Shown here one piece after another: positions 60,997 to 64,000 of a stretch of DNA of 64,000 bases (positions are counted from its first letter, which is position 1; each line of letters starts with the position of its first letter). Position numbers and translations under genes: made by a program. The stretch covers positions 352,001 through 416,000 of the forward strand of contig OZ244720.1 of assembly GCA_965219085.1 (NCBI GenBank). Direction: 5' to 3'. This DNA comes from Dehalococcoidia bacterium. Its GTDB lineage: Bacteria; Chloroflexota; Dehalococcoidia; UBA2979. The notes under the pieces are model-generated. The model had not been told where the DNA came from. It was given only the letters and a program-made list of their open reading frames with translations, and ran no database searches.

Positions 60997-61050
60997 ACGC
61001 GGCCGAGCCGCCTTGTCGGCGCCGCCGCCGGCTGTGCGGGTGGAGCCTGG

Positions 61051-61408
61051 TTGCAATCGGCCGCTGCCGTACATTGCAATCAGCCGAAGGTAACACTTGC
61101 AATTGGACGACCTATAACATTGCAATCGGCCGAGTGGATACCTGGAGTCTCACGGCCCGTGCGCGGCGTGCGTTGCGGTCTGCGCTGCTGAAGCTGGATT
61201 TGCAATTGGACGGGTCGTAACCTTGCAATTGGACGACCAGTAACGTTGCAATCGGCCGAAGTGCGGATCTCCAATGTCACGGCCGGTACGGAGCGTGCGC
61301 TGCGGTCGGCGCCGCTGAACCACGGCTTGCAATTGGACACACGGTAACATTGCAATCGGACGGGCCCTAACATTGCAATTGGCCGAACCAGGGCCTTACA
61401 ATTGGCCG
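61051..61408 (+). repeat. Eleven copies of TTGCAATYRGMC at exact 23-bp period in 4+3+4 blocks
   Basis: Starts at 61051, 61074, 61097, 61120; 61200, 61223, 61246; 61327, 61350, 61373, 61396 (last copy TTACAAT). Confidence 0.92.
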
Positions 61409-62845
61409 ATGAACGCGACGCTCCATCGGAGACTCATCGCACCGCGGTTCGCCGAGGCACTCGAGGACTCGCCGGTCGTGCTCATCGAGGGTCCGCGGCA
61501 GTGCGGCAAGACCACGTTCGCGCAGATGATGTGCGCGCCGGCGTTCCTGCCCGAGGGCGCACCGCGGGCCGATGCCGCGGACGCGAGCTACACCTACCTC
61601 AACTTCGATGACAACGTCGTCCGGGCCGCCGCGGAGGCCGACCCGATGGGCTTCATCGCCGACCTGCCTGAGCGCGTCGTCCTCGACGAGGTGCAGCGCG
61701 TGCCGGGGCTCTTTACGGCCTTGAAGCTGGCCGTTGACCGGCGGCGCACGCCGGGCCGCTTCGTGCTCACCGGCTCGACGCAGGTGCTGGCGATCCCGGC
61801 CCTCGCGGACTCGCTGGCGGGCCGCATCGAGACTGTCCGGCTGCACCCGCTCGCGCAGCGTGAGTTACACCCGGAGGCCCCTGCCGGCCCCGCCGGCGAA
61901 GGGTTCATCGCCGGCCCCGCCGGCGAAGGGTTCATCGACGGCCCCGCCGGCGAAGGGTTCATCGACGGCCCCGTCGGCGAAGGGTTCATCGCCGACCCCG
62001 CCGGCGAAGGGTTCATCGACGGCCCCGTCGGCGAGGGGTTCATCGACGGCCTGTACGGCGATGGCTTTCCGCCGCGGCAGACGGAGCGCCTGGGAGCCGA
62101 GCTTGCTGAGCGCATCGTCGCCGGAGGCTACCCGCCCGCACTTGCACGTCCGTCCGGACGCCGCCGTGCGAACTGGTACCGCAACTTCATCGAGGCGCAG
62201 GTGCAGCGCGACGTCGGCGAGCTCGCGCGCATCGCGAGCCTCGACGCCCTGCCGCGATTGCTCACCCTCGCGGCGACGCAGACGGCGCGCCTGTTCAACC
62301 TGAGCAGCCTCGCCTCACGGTTCCAGCTCAGCCGTCCGACGATCGGGAGCTACATGACGCTGCTGCAGCGGGTGTACCTGCTGGAGCAGCTACCGCCGTG
62401 GTACAGCAACCGCGGAAAGCGCCTGATCAAGACACCGAAGCTTCACCTCGGCGACACCGGGCTGGCGTGCGCGCTGCTCGGCGTCTCCGCCGCGGCGCTC
62501 CGCAACGACCGCCCGCTGCTCGGGCATCTGCTCGAAACCTTCGTCTTCCAGGAGCTGCGACGGCAGGCGACGTGGCACGACGACCCGGTGGAGTTCTTCC
62601 ACTACCGCGACAAGGACCGCGTCGAGGTCGACATCGTCCTGGAGTCGGGCGGCCGCGTCGCGGGGGTCGAGGTCAAGGCGGGCGGCACCGTGACGGCCTC
62701 GGACTTCCGCGGGCTGCGCAAGCTGCGGGACGCGTCCGGGGACCACTTCGCGGCGGGCGTCGTGCTCTACGACGGCGAGACGAGCGTCGGCTTCGGCGAC
62801 CGTCTCTACGCCGTGCCCGTGCGTCTGCTGTGGGAGGGGCGCTGA
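61409..62845 (+). CDS. AAA+ ATPase (AAA_14) with HTH and DUF4143 PD-(D/E)xK-like domain
   Basis: GPRQCGKTT, LDEVQR, LTGS, SLAGR, GGYP, KTPK..DTGL, EVDIVLE..GVEVK. Confidence 0.92.
   Translation: MNATLHRRLIAPRFAEALEDSPVVLIEGPRQCGKTTFAQMMCAPAFLPEGAPRADAADASYTYLNFDDNVVRAAAEADPMGFIADLPERVVLDEVQRVPGLFTALKLAVDRRRTPGRFVLTGSTQVLAIPALADSLAGRIETVRLHPLAQRELHPEAPAGPAGEGFIAGPAGEGFIDGPAGEGFIDGPVGEGFIADPAGEGFIDGPVGEGFIDGLYGDGFPPRQTERLGAELAERIVAGGYPPALARPSGRRRANWYRNFIEAQVQRDVGELARIASLDALPRLLTLAATQTARLFNLSSLASRFQLSRPTIGSYMTLLQRVYLLEQLPPWYSNRGKRLIKTPKLHLGDTGLACALLGVSAAALRNDRPLLGHLLETFVFQELRRQATWHDDPVEFFHYRDKDRVEVDIVLESGGRVAGVEVKAGGTVTASDFRGLRKLRDASGDHFAAGVVLYDGETSVGFGDRLYAVPVRLLWEGR
61886..62047 (+). repeat. 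In-frame 27-bp tandem repeat x6 (GPAGEGFID)
   Basis: GGCCCCGCCGGCGAAGGGTTCATCG[A/C]C units. Confidence 0.95.
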
Positions 62846-62880
62846 GCGCCATCCACCCCGCTCGCTCGGCAACGCCCCGG

Positions 62881-63849
62881 TCAGAATGTCGCGATCGGGT
62901 TGACCGGCGACCCTGTGCCGCGCTCCAGGCGGAGCGGGTTGAGCGTGAAGCAGAACTCCCAGCGGCTGCGTTCCGCGCACGCCTCGGCAAGGCGTTCGAG
63001 GTGCGCGTTGTCGATCAGCCGCAGGCCCATCGCCACGAGCGCGATCTCGTGCACCGGCAGGCGCGTCTTCGGGTAGGGCCGGTCTGTCATGTCGTTCACC
63101 ACGTCGGAGGCGAGCAGCGCGACGCCGCGCTCGCGGATCCACGGCATGCACGCCACGTGGTAGCCGGAGTGCTCCTCGGGCGGCTCCTCACCGGCGGCCA
63201 TCGCCGCCTCCACCTGCGCGCCGTAGCCGGTGCGCAGCAGCAGCACGTCGCCCTCCTCCACGCGCACGCCCTGCGCCTTCTCGGCAGCCTCGATGTCCTC
63301 GGGGAAGACGCCATCCATCGGGTCGAGTGACTCGACGCCGCGCAGGCGGGCGATGTCGAGCAGCACGCCGCGCGCCATGATGCCGTCGCGCATGACGTCC
63401 GAGGTCTGCTCGAGCGCGCCGTCCGAGGTCCGGATCAGCGCGGCCGAGCGGCCGTTGTACATCTGGCCACGGAAGAAGACGTGCCCGAGGCCGTCGATGT
63501 GCGTGAAGATGCTGCCGTGGAAGATGAAGGAGAGCCGCTCGCCCGCCCACTGCAGCGCGTTCTCGCCCGGGAAGTCCGGGTCGGGCGCCTCGTCGCCGAG
63601 GGCGTAGCGCTCGCCGCTCTGCGCCATCGTGATGGTCGGGTTGGACCCGGCGAGCGCGGGGCCGGGCCACCGGATCACGCGCGAGCAGGAGACACTGACG
63701 CCGTCCCGCACGAGCGAGGCTGCCTGGCGGCGCTTCTCGGGCGTGATCAGGTTGAGCGTGCCGAGCGTGTCGTCGTCGCCCCAGCGGCCCCAGTTACTGA
63801 GCGTGTCGAACCAGGCCAGCACCTCGTCCTGCGTCGGCGTCTCCGGCAC
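62881..63849 (-). CDS. Cyclase-family metal-dependent hydrolase
   Basis: NWGRWG.DD.LGTLN, HG..FTHIDGLGH, GDVLLLRTG, GTGSPVNP. Confidence 0.92.
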   Translation of the reverse strand: MPETPTQDEVLAWFDTLSNWGRWGDDDTLGTLNLITPEKRRQAASLVRDGVSVSCSRVIRWPGPALAGSNPTITMAQSGERYALGDEAPDPDFPGENALQWAGERLSFIFHGSIFTHIDGLGHVFFRGQMYNGRSAALIRTSDGALEQTSDVMRDGIMARGVLLDIARLRGVESLDPMDGVFPEDIEAAEKAQGVRVEEGDVLLLRTGYGAQVEAAMAAGEEPPEEHSGYHVACMPWIRERGVALLASDVVNDMTDRPYPKTRLPVHEIALVAMGLRLIDNAHLERLAEACAERSRWEFCFTLNPLRLERGTGSPVNPIATF

Positions 63850-64000
63850 GTTGTCACCTCCCCGCGCGAGACTGTACTACGAACCCTTGCGTTCGGCGGA
63901 GTGCCGAGAGCGGTCGGCCCGGTTGCACTTGCAGTGGGGTGATATTGGACTCTAGAACGTGCGACAGAAGCGCAGTGTTGTGAATGGTCGGATCGTATGA

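Noticed and set aside
61051-61408. CRISPR array
   Set aside because: Repeat ~13 bp and linkers ~10 bp are too short, the longer segments are mutually similar, and there are no cas genes.
201-63955. Many long antisense or alternate-frame ORFs (e.g. 9297..12098, 6612..8699, 23630..25936, 48676..50328)
   Set aside because: Shadow ORFs of high-GC genes; Arg/Ala/Pro-rich with no motifs, overlapping well-supported genes.

Overview
High-GC bacterial DNA. Gene content fits Chloroflexota (Dehalococcoidia-like); the FN3, cadherin, spondin, LRR and NHL modules suggest an animal (e.g. sponge) symbiont. Both assignments are inference. The left ~31 kb is an accessory, partly decayed island. It holds two kexin/furin-like S8 protease-adhesin genes, each with a 4-nt overlap to an upstream gene ending in the same ~140-aa domain; a large serine recombinase abutting a split helicase; an IS5 copy; two inverted paralogous surface-protein C-terminal modules; LysR; sodN-sodX; and many fragments. 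The right ~33 kb is mostly core metabolism (ktrAB, ABC transport, DNA repair, amtB-glnK-glnD, ccr, gltA), plus an IS481-like element and an AAA+/DUF4143 gene preceded by a 23-bp periodic repeat array. The best candidate for an undescribed system is the protease plus trans-encoded, surface-tethered propeptide/chaperone pair, whose last residue (Arg vs Tyr) matches the predicted S1 pocket of its own protease. No rRNA, tRNA or true CRISPR array was recognised. All family calls are by eye; no searches were run.
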